64,000 nucleotides of DNA from Emiliania huxleyi CCMP1516 (GCF_000372725.1 NW_005201287.1:527081-591080), one strand, 5' to 3'. Positions 22,999-34,470 are shown, counted from the stretch's first letter. Notes: generated by a model from the letters alone, not told the origin. A program made the numbers and translations.

Positions 22999-24976
22999 AT
23001 GCCGGAACAGATGACGATGATGGAGGCAATCTTTCGGGAGGACACGGACGCCCTGCGCCGTCTCTGTGAGCAGCATGATGTCGACGCACCGCTCATCCGT
23101 CCTGATGGCTCCCCGTGTCCGCCGGCAATCGTGCTCGCCATCATCAAGGCGGGCCCCGCACATCACCCTCGTGCCGAAGCCCTTGCCATCGCAACCCCTG
23201 CCGTTGACCGTTGACCCACCGCACCCGTGTCCCCAGGGAAGCGCGGAGTGCGTCGATATTCTCCTGGCCCACCAGCCGGAGCTCAACGACCTCGACGTAC
23301 TCGGGATTCCTTGCTGCCCGCTCACGATGGCGGCGCAGGTAGGCAAGACGCGGATCGTTCGCGCGCTCCTCAAGGCCGGCGCGGTGGCGGACGTTGTCAG
23401 CCTGTCGGACGGCAGCACCGCCCTCCTTACGGCGTGCGAGAACGCCGAATTCGATGTGGTGCAGAGCCTCATCGAGGCGGCCGCCGACGTCAACCACCAA
23501 AAGTATGGAGGCATGACGCCGCTCGGCCTCTCCATCAGCAAGTACTGCCGCCTCGGCTGCATCGAGGCGCTCATTAAAGCGGGCGCGAGCCTGGCCGGCG
23601 AGGCGAGTCTGCCTCCGCGATATATGCCACCGCCTTCGCAGCCTCGGCTCTCCCAGCCCCACGCGTGTCGCGAGACCCTCCCCCACCCGCCACACTCACC
23701 TCTCCCGGCGCCTCCCCCTTCCCCGAGGCGATCGACGATAGCGAGCTCTGCCAGGGCGGGCTGTGGCACATGGTCGGCCCCAAGGCTAGCCTCCCCCCCC
23801 TCCTCGCCGCCATCTTGTTTGGCATGGAGCATTGCGTCCCCCTCCTCTCGTCGTACGGCGCCCCGCGGGCGGCGCAGCGGCAGATGCTCGGCTCGCCCGA
23901 AACGACCTCGGTCCCCATCCTGTCGCCCCTTGGGGGGCTGAGCAGCCAGTTCCTCCAGATGACCATGATGTTTACGTCCTCCTCGTCCGAGCAGCGCACC
24001 GTCACGCTCACCGCTGAGGCGCTCTGCGGCGCGGCCGAGGGGAGCGAGCACGTGCACCCCTCCGTGCCAAAGGGCAGCGGCCGCCTCCTCTCGTGGCTGG
24101 AGGAGTCTCGCGACTGGACGCCGCTCCACCACATCGAGGCGCTGAGCAAGGAGCGCGCCCTCGCGCTGCTGCGCGACGGTGCCAACACCCTCCCCTCTAC
24201 CTCCCTCGCGCGTGTGTCCACACCCCAACGTAACGGGTCACACGCACAGGCGCCAAGCTCCACGCCGGCTCCCCCTCGCCGCTTGAGCGGGCGCGCGCGA
24301 TCGGCGACACCCTCTCGCTGTACGAGCGCGTCGAGGTGCACGGCCTCACGCGCGCGGCACTCAACGGGCTCGTCGGCGTGGTGGTGGGGTTCGACGAGGA
24401 GAAGGGCCGCTGCGTCCTCCGCCTCGAGGAGCGCCCGAGCCCGAGTGCTGCCGTCAGGGGACTGTGCCACACACGCCACCTCTCTGAGCGACAGATGGCG
24501 TCACGCTCTACAGGAGTCGCAGTCGGAGATTGCTCGCGCAACCGGCGTCGACTGGAGCACGGCCGACGAGAAGCGCGAGGCGCGCCACGTCTCGATCAAG
24601 CCCGCCAACCTCAAGGGAGAGCAGGCGCGGCTGCCTCCTCGAGGACTTGTACTCGTGCAACGCCTCCATGCCCCCACCCCGCGCCCGCCCCTCCCACCAC
24701 CACTCACTCACCGCTCGCGCCCGACTGGCGCCCTGCTTGCTGTCGCGACGCACGAGTAGTCGCTTGTGGCGTGTGCAGGTCGCCTCTCTCCTCCTCGAAG
24801 CGGCCGTCTGGTCGCCGCGCTCGCACCACACTTTCCCGGCCGAGGCCCGCGCTCGCGCCGCCGAGCTCATGCGCATCGGCTACCTCTTCGCGCACGGCAG
24901 CGACCGCGGGCGCACCACTGAGCTCGTCGACGTCTGGCGCGGCCACGTCGTCCCCTTCGCGGTCGAGCGCGAGTGA
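22999..24976 (+). CDS. Ankyrin-repeat protein, multi-exon
   Basis: PLTMAAQVGKTRIVRALLKAGA, GSTALLTACENAEFDVVQSLIEAAADVN, GMTPLGLSISKYCRLGCIEALIKAGA, DWTPLHH; stop TGA at 24974-24976. Confidence 0.8.
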
Positions 24977-25465
24977 GCGGCGCGGGCCCCTCCGGACCAC
25001 GAGTCCGCCTCTCGTCCGGCGCGCAGCCGCGCGCATAGGCGCCTGACAGGGTGCGTGCACGGACATTACGCGGAGATGCCTGGCCACGAAGGGCGTGGGC
25101 AAGCGCTTGTGGTGGCGCCCCCGCGTCCTAGGAGAAGGCGCAGTACTGCCTTGCATATTGGTGGGGGATGCGGATGTGTGGGCGCGCCTTCGGTGCCGGT
25201 GCGTGTGTTGGATTGGGTTTCCTGGATCCACCTGTGAGTGGGATTGCTTGTGCCGCACAAATCGCCATGTGAATGTCGAACATGTCGAGCTGTAGTACCG
25301 CTCACATTGATGGCTCAACATCGCGCACGGGCGAGGCCCGCGGCGTGTGTTTTCTTGCACGATCACAACAATCGACAAGATAATAAGCCGTACGTATTCT
25401 CCCCCGCTCTTGCGCCCCCTCCCCCTCCCCCCCCTCTCCCCCCAAACACTCAACAACGCGACCGT

Positions 25466-25957
25466 TCACGCGCTCGCGCCACCCTCGCAGTTCGCTATTA
25501 GCTTCCCAAAATTGTCGCCGAAAGTGCGCTCGGACTGCAGCGCCGCCTCTGCGGCGGCTCGGATCCGCTGCGCCCACTCCTCGTGCCAGAGGCGGTAGTG
25601 CGCGTAGGCGTGGTCGCGCGCGGCGACCGCGGCCCGCTGCGGCCTGGCCAAGCAACCCTTGAGCGGCGGCGAGCTGGCAGTGGTGTCGGCCTCCCGCGCG
25701 GCGTCCGCCGCCACCTCTCCCGCGTCACCGCCGCCCTCCGCGGCCTGCGCCTCGAGCAGCTCCGAGAGCGGCAGCCCCGCCCAAACGTGCTCCTTGAAGG
25801 GGCGGCCGGCAGCAGGCGGGTCGGTGCACGCGAGCGCCGCCGCCTGCCGCGCCTCGTGCCGCAGCTGCTTGAAGATGCCTGGCGCGGGGGCGTCGCGCTG
25901 CTGCGACGGCGATGCGGCGGCGTCGTCGTCGGCGGCGGCGGCGAGGTCCTCGGCATG
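25466..25957 (-). CDS. Hypothetical protein, probable 3' exon of an unresolved gene
   Basis: Open frame with coding-like composition (GIFKQLRHEARQ...RPFKEHVWAGLPL...YAHYRLWHEEW); no family recognised. Confidence 0.3.
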   Translation of the reverse strand, partial: HAEDLAAAADDDAAASPSQQRDAPAPGIFKQLRHEARQAAALACTDPPAAGRPFKEHVWAGLPLSELLEAQAAEGGGDAGEVAADAAREADTTASSPPLKGCLARPQRAAVAARDHAYAHYRLWHEEWAQRIRAAAEAALQSERTFGDNFGKLIANCEGGASA

Positions 25958-27461
25958 TTTACGTGATTTAAAGCGTGACTAAAGGCAGGGAGTGAGAACT
26001 GAGATTGTGCGAGGCCGAGACACCGAGTGGCACAAGACTCAAGAGCCAACAAGAGCCTGCTTTACATTGCTCGCACGCGTGTTTGAGCGACGACCCCTGC
26101 GGATTTGCGAGCCTTCTCTCAATATCGCTTTCGAGACTATGGTCGTGCGCGTCTCGGTCGGAGAGGCGAGTTCTGCCCGTGCAAATTCTTTTCGTGTTAA
26201 GTACCATGACCAACTGTTCTGTAGCGCGAATCCGTTAGGATTCTCGCCAGCTCTGCTGAGGGGTGGCGCCGGGCTACGTACCGATCGCTCGACCTCGCAA
26301 CCCCATATACACCCAGTCTACATCTACTCAAGATGCAAGTACAGGGAAGCAACATAAGGAGGCAAGAGGACGCGTTTGAGATCAAACTCACCTCCACCAA
26401 TTTGGATTCTTTTAGGTATGTTGTTGGCAAACCAAGACAATTTGGATTGATTCCACGCGCGCCTCCCGGACAGGGGTTGACCCGGAGTCCTGTGGAGGGC
26501 GGTGTGAATTACTCATGACACAATGAATACGGCTCATGGATCGATTGCCAAAATGGATGGATTGCTTCCCTCTTCGTGCGTCCGCACATACAAGCGAACG
26601 CCAATGGCCTCGCTCGCCTATCAGGCAGCCGGCCTCCGCATCTACTCAGTCGCCCCGCCCGCCCACGCCGGCGACTGAATTTACATTCGATTGTTCCATC
26701 GATTGATGAGTCTTGTCCAAGCTAGACGACTAGTCTTGTCCCGCCCCGGGTGTGTCGTGTGCCATCCGGTGTTCCCCGTGGTGTTCCAGTGTGGTGGGGA
26801 GGCTCAGCGCCCACCACCGGGGATAGGTTTCGTCAGTATCGGCGTCGCATCGGCGGCGCCGATACAGACAGGGACCGTGGGTGGGAGTAGGCAGGCTAGC
26901 GCTTGTGGGCAAGAAGAGCGCATTACTCAATACAACTACACGTGCACGGCCACCTCGTGCAAGTCTTATGGTTCGAGCAGGTGCGAAGACTGGAGGGGCC
27001 CTTTGCAGGTCCCATCCATTACCGTGCCCCATGTTCACGTGCGGCCGTTTTACCAGGCGCCCAACCGACGGCCGCGCCGCGAATTTTTTTTGCCTGCCCC
27101 GTCTTCGCCGTCGCGCGACGATCACGCCGGTGTCAAAACTTCCGATTTTGTTTTTTTTCTTCTCTTTTATACCTGGTAAAAGCAACGTTCGAAATCCAAA
27201 ATTCTACGAAATCCAAGAACGCCGGATCGGTGCATACTTACTTACAGCTGTCGGTACAGAGATGCCAGCACCCCCCAGCAGCAGAGCGCTCCTGCTGGGG
27301 GGGGGGGGGGGGCGACCCCCCCAGCAGCAGAGCGCTGCTGCTGGGGGGGGGGGTCGGCCATGACTTTAGATGTGCAGGGGGGGTACCGAGCAGTGTGCGG
27401 CCGCTCCGAGGGTGAACTGCTGACGGGGTTTGCGATGAGGAGCGACGAAGGTTTTGGCTTA

Positions 27462-28433
27462 GGGGACCCCTAGGGTTCTGAGGGCCGGATTTTTTTAAGA
27501 CCTTGAGCACTTGAGCACTGGATAGGGTCGATTCCGCATGGTACGGGACCCCTCGATCGTCTCGCCCTCCCTCACTGGTGTGTTCATCGGGGGGGGTCAT
27601 AACAAACACGGTACAGGATCGAGGTGCACGCTGCCGAAGCAGTGTCGTCCCCCCTCTCCCCGACGGCGATGGCGGTGTGACCGATCGAGCTACAAGAGGA
27701 GCTCGTTCAGCAGGATCCGGGTTGGTCTGGCGCACTACCTCACTGGGCCTGAGATCGCACGACGCTTCCCGTCACCGTCTCGGGTTTGTGTGGGATCGAA
27801 CCACTCCGGGATGGGCAAGCCCATCAATTTTCACTGTGTTTCTCCCCTGCACCTGCAGGGGATAGCGGGGGAGGGGTTGGCTATATCTGGGACGGAGGGG
27901 AAGAGGAGGAAAGGGAGGACGGGGGGGGGGGGGGGACTGAAGGGGGGAGGGGGGGGGGGGGGCCTAAACCATCTTTTTTTTAAAACCTTTTAAAAAACCA
28001 GGAGGTTTGGGGGCTTAACTTGCCATTTAAGAGATTGCAGGCACGGGGGGTCCCTCTTTTAAGACCGTTTAAGAAAATCGGCCTCGCCGGCATGCGTCGC
28101 TGGGTTCCGCCGCGCGCCGTTTTCTCCAATACTGCCGTTATTAGGCACAAACCCGCCTCTGAAGACACATCTGTATAAGTCTGGTGCACTGGCAGGAGCC
28201 ATACTCGCATAGGGGACGCGTGCTAGTTGACTGTAGCCAGCTTCCCGGCCTCCGGCGTGTCTACCGGGAGCCTCCCAGACCATCGACCTCGGGAGCTCTC
28301 CCGCACCGTTTAAGCGTTTAAGACCGTTTAAGGAATCGGCGGCCCAGGCAGCCTTAAAATGGGCCATGGCCCGCTTTAAGCCGTTTAAGCCGCAGGCGCC
28401 CCAGGGCCCACCCTTTTAAGTCTAGGGGTCCCC
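27462..28433. mobile_element. Putative non-autonomous DNA transposon (MITE) with 12-bp TIRs and TA target duplication
   Basis: GGGGACCCCTAG (27462-27473) and CTAGGGGTCCCC (28422-28433) are perfect inverted repeats, each flanked by TA. Repeated TTTAAG/CCGTTTAAG motifs lie in the right half; no transposase ORF. Confidence 0.6.
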
Positions 28434-28530
28434 TAAGGTTTTTGTATGTTGTTGTGGAGCGCGATTTCACAGTGATTACAAGATTTTTTTTGCGCAACGC
28501 GCGCGAGCTGCTGTCGTGCCAGTCCGGCGT

Positions 28531-29112
28531 ATGAGCCCACTCACGCTTGTGAGCCTCGTCCTCGTCCTCCTGGCCCTCCTCTTTTGGCTGCGCAAACGTG
28601 CGGGCAAGCGCTCGCCAAAGAGCGCGCAGCATCAGCCCCTCGACCTCGAGGGCGGAGAGCGGGCCTTCAGCGAGGAGGCGTTCGATGACTTTGAGTTCGA
28701 GCCGTTTGACGATACGACGCGGCCGGCGACGCGGCGCGGCGGCGGCAGAGAGGAGGCGCAGGCGGTGGCGCAGGCGGCGGCGCAGGATGACCCACCGCCG
28801 ATCGAGGAGGATCCCGACCCGTTCGCGGCCTTTGGCATCGGCGCGACCGTCGAGAAGCAGCGGGTGCACCTCATCGACGACTCGCCCTGGCAGGCCGCCG
28901 CGCCGACGAGCGCGAGTCTCTCCCTCGCTGCCGAGCCGATTGGCGAGGTGTCCGGCGGGTGGGGCGACGCGGACAGCGAGTTTGAGCCGGGCAAGCGGCG
29001 CATAACGGCGGAGGAGCGGCGGCGGGCGAGGATGGCGAGAGAGGGGTCGGGAGAGGGGGCGCCCGCGGGAGAGAAGAGGGGCCGGCTAAAGGTGACGCAC
29101 CAAGAGCTGTGA
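28531..29112 (+). CDS. Hypothetical protein with an N-terminal transmembrane anchor and acidic disordered tail
   Basis: MSPLTLVSLVLVLLALLFWLRKR followed by an acidic region; intronless and coding-like. Confidence 0.55.
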   Translation: MSPLTLVSLVLVLLALLFWLRKRAGKRSPKSAQHQPLDLEGGERAFSEEAFDDFEFEPFDDTTRPATRRGGGREEAQAVAQAAAQDDPPPIEEDPDPFAAFGIGATVEKQRVHLIDDSPWQAAAPTSASLSLAAEPIGEVSGGWGDADSEFEPGKRRITAEERRRARMAREGSGEGAPAGEKRGRLKVTHQEL

Positions 29113-29534
29113 CATTTTGATATTGGGTCGTGTGCGCAGCCCAGCCAGGGGGGCGGTCTGATGTGAGAGAGAGAGAGATTCTCTCTGATGTGTGTATAGA
29201 GATTGAGAAGGAGGTGGGCGATATCTTTTGTGGCATTAATTTCTAATCATTGCCTTTTGTTAGAATCTCGCTCTTGCCACTTACGCATCCGGCATCCCTC
29301 GCCACGCCGAGGCCCTCGGCCCACAAAAAATGCGAGGTATCACGACTGAACTGATGACAAGTCACAAGAGCATCGCAAACGCCAAACCTGTCCTTCCTTC
29401 CCTGCCGGCTGGGGCGACCACACTATTTTTCATTCACTGGGACTGAAGCGATCTAACTTGAGTTGATGGGAAAAAAAATCGCGCGCGTGATAAGTCCTCC
29501 TGCGGCCGGGACAAAGGAAAGGACCCTCACCAAC

Positions 29535-31844
29535 ATGCTCCTCCTCGCGGCTTCCAGCGTGGCTCTTCCGACGGGCGCGGAGCCCCAGCGTCACAGCATC
29601 GAGTTCGGCCTCGACAGCTTCAAAGCGCTCGCTCACACGTGGCTCGACCTGATGCAGAGCGGAACCTCGAGCACGGTGTCAGCCGGGAGCAGCAGCGCCG
29701 CAGCCGAGCCACCACGCGCAAACGGCAACCAAAGACAACCTCTCGGGCTTGTCGTGAGCGGCGGCGGGTTCAGGACTATGACCGCCGGGATGGCCTTTGC
29801 ACGCGCAATGTCCCAGTCCTTTGACGAGGTGGAGGGCAGCTCCTGGGCAGACGTCACGCATCTCGGCGGCAACTCCGGCGGGCAGTGGTTCGCGAGCCAG
29901 TTTGCGCTCTCGAGGCCATTCTTCGACGCCGTCACGCGCAAGGGCGCAGATGGCGAGTATCGGAGCCTCGAGGACTTCTTTGCGGAGTGGGGCCGTCAGT
30001 ATGCCAAGGGTCTCTACTTTTCGCCTCCGCCCGAGGTGCACGTGTACAACAACTGCGCAGGCGAGGAAGGTGTCGGCGGGCTCATTTCAGACGCCCTCAC
30101 TGAGGCTTTCAAGTCTCTCGGCTGGGCGCTCGAGACTGCCAACTTCCCGACCGACGACTGGGCCGTGTACGTCGAGGACATGATGCGCAACTCGATCCCC
30201 GGCTTCGAGCAGCTCCGATACAACGAAACGCGCTCCGCACTGCCCGACGCCGCGCTCATTCAGCAGCTCGCGCTCCCGCCCGACGCGTGGGTGGGGCACT
30301 CGAGGCAGACATCGCAGCGCGTGGCGCTGCGGCAGCCCGAGGACGGGAGGCCCGTCGGGGCGACCGTTCCCCTGGCGCACGTGGCCAAGGCAGCCTCCTC
30401 GCAGCGTGGCACTGACGGCTGGCTCGCGCCGGCGCTGGGCGGCAGCCCACTCCTCTCCAAGGCGCCCTACTCGTGCAGCTGTGAGTGGACGTACTGGAAC
30501 GCGTGCCCCGGCCAGCCCAAGGGCGCCTCGTGGCTGAGCCCGGTCGCGTCGGACGACGGCTCGGCGTGCTTCGCGCACTGCTGCGGGCGAGGGCGCGACG
30601 CGTCCGCCGCGAGCGACGCCCCGGCGCGCACCATCGAGGTGAGCGCGCGCTTCGCCTCACCGGCGGGCACGAAGGTGCGCGATGTGACGGCCGCCTCCTC
30701 GGCAGCGGTCGGCGCTGCGGCCTCGCCCACCCTCGTCAAGCTCGCGTTGAAGCGCGCGCTGCACGGCGCGACAGAGACGCTCGAGATGTTGGCCAACGGC
30801 GGCAGTGGCGAGGCGCAGGCTGCTCTCGGCCTCAAGGCGTGGTTGAGCGGGGAGGCGGACGCCGCCCAGTTCGACTCGCAAGTGGACGAGTTTGTCGAGT
30901 CGTGCTTTCCGTTCGGCCTGCAGGAGCTCGGCGTCGGCATCCCGCTCGAGCCGGCGGAGGAGCTGCCGGAGGACGAGACGCGCGCGTGGTCCCCCACCTA
31001 CCGCGCCATCGACGGCGTGTACGTCGACAACACGGCGCTCGCGATGACCATCGCCACGATGATTGCCGACTGCGAGGCTGGCGACGAGAGCCTCGCTTGC
31101 ACCAACAAGGAGCTGGACGTCATCGTCGTCAACGACGGCGACTCGTCCAACCCCGGCTCCAACGGGCTCGGCGACTTCTTCTCCGAGGAGAAGGGCGGCG
31201 CCGCCCATCCAGTTGGCAAGTACAAGACCGCCGAGGACTTTCCCTACACCACGGTGCCGTCGGCGCACATCTTCGCCGAGGCTTACCCTAGCAACTGGGT
31301 CACCTACCACCAAACCGACATCGTCGACACGATTGCAGCCGTCGGCGACACCTCTGCCGTCGCCGTGATGGCTGCCGGCGCCGCCCCCGCCGCGGGCATC
31401 ACCATGGGCGTCGGCACCACTGTGGGCGCCGCCGCCTCCGTGGCTTCCGCCCTCGCCTCCTCCGCCGCCGCCTCTGCCGCGTCCGCAATGGAGGGGACGA
31501 AGGCAGCCGGCGGCCGGCGTCGGCGCCTGGCCAGCAGCGAGGTGGGCGCATCCCGCTCCAACTTCACCAACTCCACCCTCACCACGATCAACAACCCGCA
31601 GTGGGGCGTCAAGGAGGGCTACACCGTGCGGCTGCTCGCCTTTTGCATCAACTACCCAAACAACCCGATGCAGATGCTGCAGAATGGCGGCGTCGGCATC
31701 GATGACGACCCGATGGTTCTGCCCGCCCTCACGGCCGCCACCTTCTTCAGCCATTTGTACGCGCCGATTGCCGAGAAGGAGAGTGAGCTCGCTGCAAAAC
31801 ACCTCAAGGCGTGGCTGGAGGCGCGGGCGCAGCGCAAGTCGTGA
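29535..31844 (+). CDS. Secreted lysophospholipase / phospholipase B / cPLA2-type (patatin-fold) hydrolase
   Basis: LGLVVSGGGFRTMTAG (oxyanion hole plus Arg), THLGGNSGGQWF (GxSGG nucleophile), YRAIDGVYVDN (catalytic Asp region); signal-like MLLLAASSVALP; single long exon. Confidence 0.8.
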   Translation: MLLLAASSVALPTGAEPQRHSIEFGLDSFKALAHTWLDLMQSGTSSTVSAGSSSAAAEPPRANGNQRQPLGLVVSGGGFRTMTAGMAFARAMSQSFDEVEGSSWADVTHLGGNSGGQWFASQFALSRPFFDAVTRKGADGEYRSLEDFFAEWGRQYAKGLYFSPPPEVHVYNNCAGEEGVGGLISDALTEAFKSLGWALETANFPTDDWAVYVEDMMRNSIPGFEQLRYNETRSALPDAALIQQLALPPDAWVGHSRQTSQRVALRQPEDGRPVGATVPLAHVAKAASSQRGTDGWLAPALGGSPLLSKAPYSCSCEWTYWNACPGQPKGASWLSPVASDDGSACFAHCCGRGRDASAASDAPARTIEVSARFASPAGTKVRDVTAASSAAVGAAASPTLVKLALKRALHGATETLEMLANGGSGEAQAALGLKAWLSGEADAAQFDSQVDEFVESCFPFGLQELGVGIPLEPAEELPEDETRAWSPTYRAIDGVYVDNTALAMTIATMIADCEAGDESLACTNKELDVIVVNDGDSSNPGSNGLGDFFSEEKGGAAHPVGKYKTAEDFPYTTVPSAHIFAEAYPSNWVTYHQTDIVDTIAAVGDTSAVAVMAAGAAPAAGITMGVGTTVGAAASVASALASSAAASAASAMEGTKAAGGRRRRLASSEVGASRSNFTNSTLTTINNPQWGVKEGYTVRLLAFCINYPNNPMQMLQNGGVGIDDDPMVLPALTAATFFSHLYAPIAEKESELAAKHLKAWLEARAQRKS

Positions 31845-32112
31845 GCCTCACGTGATGTTCAACGCATGATCTAGCGGCTAAGACTTAGAAACGCTAAGGG
31901 ATAAGGGAGTGCAGCGCCCCGCGTGGCTAGACACCGGCGAGTGCGAAAGCAACCAACGATGATGTTTAATGCATATAAGGTTTTTGTAGTAACAACAGCT
32001 CTGTACGAGAGCAGAGCCCCTGAGCAAACCTCCGTGCTCGGAGCGTGTACTGTGTACACGACTCAGTGTAAAAAGTACGTCACCCACTCACATGACATGT
32101 CGTACTTTTAGC

Positions 32113-34470
32113 TTACTGGGAGAAAAGGGAGAGGGGGCTGTCCGATGTGGCGGCAAACTTGATGTCCCTGCGAGAGCGCCTCAGCTTAGCGACCGCCGCC
32201 TTGTGCTTCCTTCGCTCCGCAAGAGTCAGGTCCGGCGAGACCCCACCGTTGCCCTCCCCCTCCTCTCCTGCAACGCCAGCTATGCTCGTGGCACAAATGA
32301 TGGCCTGCGTCAGCGTCCCGACGAGCTCCTTCGCCTCATCTACCGTGGTGGCGACTAGCGCCGCGTCGAAGCCCTCGGACGGGGCCGGCCGGCTCAGCTC
32401 ACTCGCAAACTTGTGCACGACAGCGGCCGCTCGCTCTCCGGCCGGCAGCGTCGGGTGGCGCCTCCGCACCATCACGCGCCCGAGGCACTCCTCCACCGGG
32501 AGGTCGAGGTGCACGCTGGCGACAACACAACCATGCTCGCGGCCGAGGGCGACCCACGGTTCCCGCTGAGCCGGGTCGGCGTTGCAGCGGTCGATGATGA
32601 CGCTGCGCCCCGCCCGGAGCGCCTCTGTGGCGGCCTCGATGCACAGCCTGCGGGTGCCACACTCATCCTGGCTCACGTGTCGCAGGCGCCGCCCGACCGC
32701 CTCGCCCAGCTGCCCGCACAGGGTCGTCTTGCCAGAGCCAGGCAGTCCCACAAGAGTGAGGAGCAGAGGCTGGCCAGCCACGGCATGGAGCGCCGCACCC
32801 GCTGTCTCCTCGGGCGGGGGGAGGCGTCGAGCCGCCTCAATCGCCGCCTCCACCTCTCCAATTGGCGCATCGCGAACCCACTCCGCTCCGCCGGTAAGGG
32901 ACAGTCGGCGCAAATCGGCCGCCACCTCGTCATACAGCGGCCGGAGGCGGGGGAAGTAGGAGAGGAACTCGTCGCCCTCGCGGCAGCGCGCAACCTCGAG
33001 CAGGCGCCGCCGCTGCAGTCGGGGATCGGCACCCCCTCCCGAAGCAACGCCCTCCTCGCCGGGCGGAAGGCGGTGCAGCGCCACGTAGCCGGGCGACTTG
33101 ACTTTGATCCGGCGGAAGGCGGAGTCCACGCAGACAAAGCCCTCCTGCTCCACCGGATTGAGTGCGCACGCCGCTGCCTTGACGCTCGTCAGGTCATGCG
33201 GGCCGGGAAGCTTGCGCGGCGCCGCCCAGCCGAGCTGCGCAGCCGCCTCCTCGACGTCCTCCTCCACGAGCGTCGTCAGATCCCGCGCGCCGATGAGGGT
33301 GAGCGACGCTCTGGAGTGCCTCACCACGATCGTGTTTCCCGGAAGGCAGAGCTCAAAGGTGTAGCAGCGGCCGGTGGGCTCAGGCAGCCGGTAGCCCGAC
33401 GCCGCAAACGTCTCCCAAAAGTGCGAGGCGAAGGTCCCGACGCCCACTCCCGGCACCTCGCCCGCTGCGTCGGGCACGCGCATCGACGAGACGTGCCAGC
33501 GGTCGCAGTGGTGGTAGAGGGTGGCGATCGAGCCGTCAAGCTTCTCGTACACGCGCGCCGTGCTCCAGTCAAAGGCCTTGCGGACGGCGGCCGCCGCCGG
33601 CTCGTCCGCGTTGAAGAACTTTGTGAAGGGCAGCGCGACCACCCTCCAGCTCCCCTTCTCGAGGATGAGCCCGCGACACTCCTGGACAACCTCGTTGGCG
33701 AGGTCTGACTCGCGCTGCGAGTACGAGAGCTGGACGAGCGGCAAGTGCGGGTGGAGGCGCGAGGTGAGCTTGTAGGCGCTGCAGAGGGACGTGAGGTTGG
33801 CGCCAGAGCGCAGCTGTCGGACGATGCGGAGCGTGGCACGCTCGTCGCGACGGCGCGAGGCCTTGGCCGAGGTGCTGCAGCTCGCTAGCGGCACGAGGGT
33901 CGGTGGGTCAGCGCCTGCTGCAGCGCCCACGGCGGCGACCGCCGCCTCTGACGTTTCCTGCCCCTGGAGCCAGGAGGCCCTCTGAGCAAACGAGTGCAGA
34001 GCAGCCACGAACTCGCCGCGCGGGTTGGCGCAGCGGCGCGCTTGCCGGACGGCGGCTAGTGCCTCGTCAACGCCAAGGCCGCGATACTTGATCAGGTACG
34101 CCATCACCATCGTCGTGGAGCGGCAGATTCCCGCCTTGCAGTGGCAGAGGACAGTTCCTCCCTTGGCCAAGTGCAGGGCGATGAAGTCAGCGGCTGGGTC
34201 GAGGTGTCGACCAGCCTTTGCGTGACTGTCGTCCTTCAGCCGCACGTCTAGGTAGGTGAACGTGTCCACGAAGTGGCAGCGGCATCCACACGCGATGATC
34301 GCAGTGACACCGGCGGCTTGCAGCTTCTCGCGGTTGGAGGCAAACGACTCGCCGGATAGGAGCAGCTTTGAGCTTTCCGTGTCGAGGATGACTGCGGCGC
34401 CGACCGGGCCGTGGCGCTGGGCCACAGGAGCGCGCGGGGCGCCGTAGGCCTTGTTGTTGCGCTTGGGCAT
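32113..34470 (-). CDS. Tri-domain protein: dual-specificity phosphatase + T4 Rnl1-like ATP-dependent RNA ligase + P-loop polynucleotide kinase (AAA_33)
   Basis: DSP signature VLCHCKAGICRS (about 34117-34150). Ligase motifs ECRGLIL, LPFTKFFN, YEKLDGS (motif I, about 33529-33549), YTFEL, EGFV, RIKVK. Kinase LVGLPGSGKTT...VSQD...VIIDRCN...RRHPTL...EGF. Intronless; ATG at 34470. Confidence 0.9.
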   Translation of the reverse strand: MPKRNNKAYGAPRAPVAQRHGPVGAAVILDTESSKLLLSGESFASNREKLQAAGVTAIIACGCRCHFVDTFTYLDVRLKDDSHAKAGRHLDPAADFIALHLAKGGTVLCHCKAGICRSTTMVMAYLIKYRGLGVDEALAAVRQARRCANPRGEFVAALHSFAQRASWLQGQETSEAAVAAVGAAAGADPPTLVPLASCSTSAKASRRRDERATLRIVRQLRSGANLTSLCSAYKLTSRLHPHLPLVQLSYSQRESDLANEVVQECRGLILEKGSWRVVALPFTKFFNADEPAAAAVRKAFDWSTARVYEKLDGSIATLYHHCDRWHVSSMRVPDAAGEVPGVGVGTFASHFWETFAASGYRLPEPTGRCYTFELCLPGNTIVVRHSRASLTLIGARDLTTLVEEDVEEAAAQLGWAAPRKLPGPHDLTSVKAAACALNPVEQEGFVCVDSAFRRIKVKSPGYVALHRLPPGEEGVASGGGADPRLQRRRLLEVARCREGDEFLSYFPRLRPLYDEVAADLRRLSLTGGAEWVRDAPIGEVEAAIEAARRLPPPEETAGAALHAVAGQPLLLTLVGLPGSGKTTLCGQLGEAVGRRLRHVSQDECGTRRLCIEAATEALRAGRSVIIDRCNADPAQREPWVALGREHGCVVASVHLDLPVEECLGRVMVRRRHPTLPAGERAAAVVHKFASELSRPAPSEGFDAALVATTVDEAKELVGTLTQAIICATSIAGVAGEEGEGNGGVSPDLTLAERRKHKAAVAKLRRSRRDIKFAATSDSPLSLFSQ

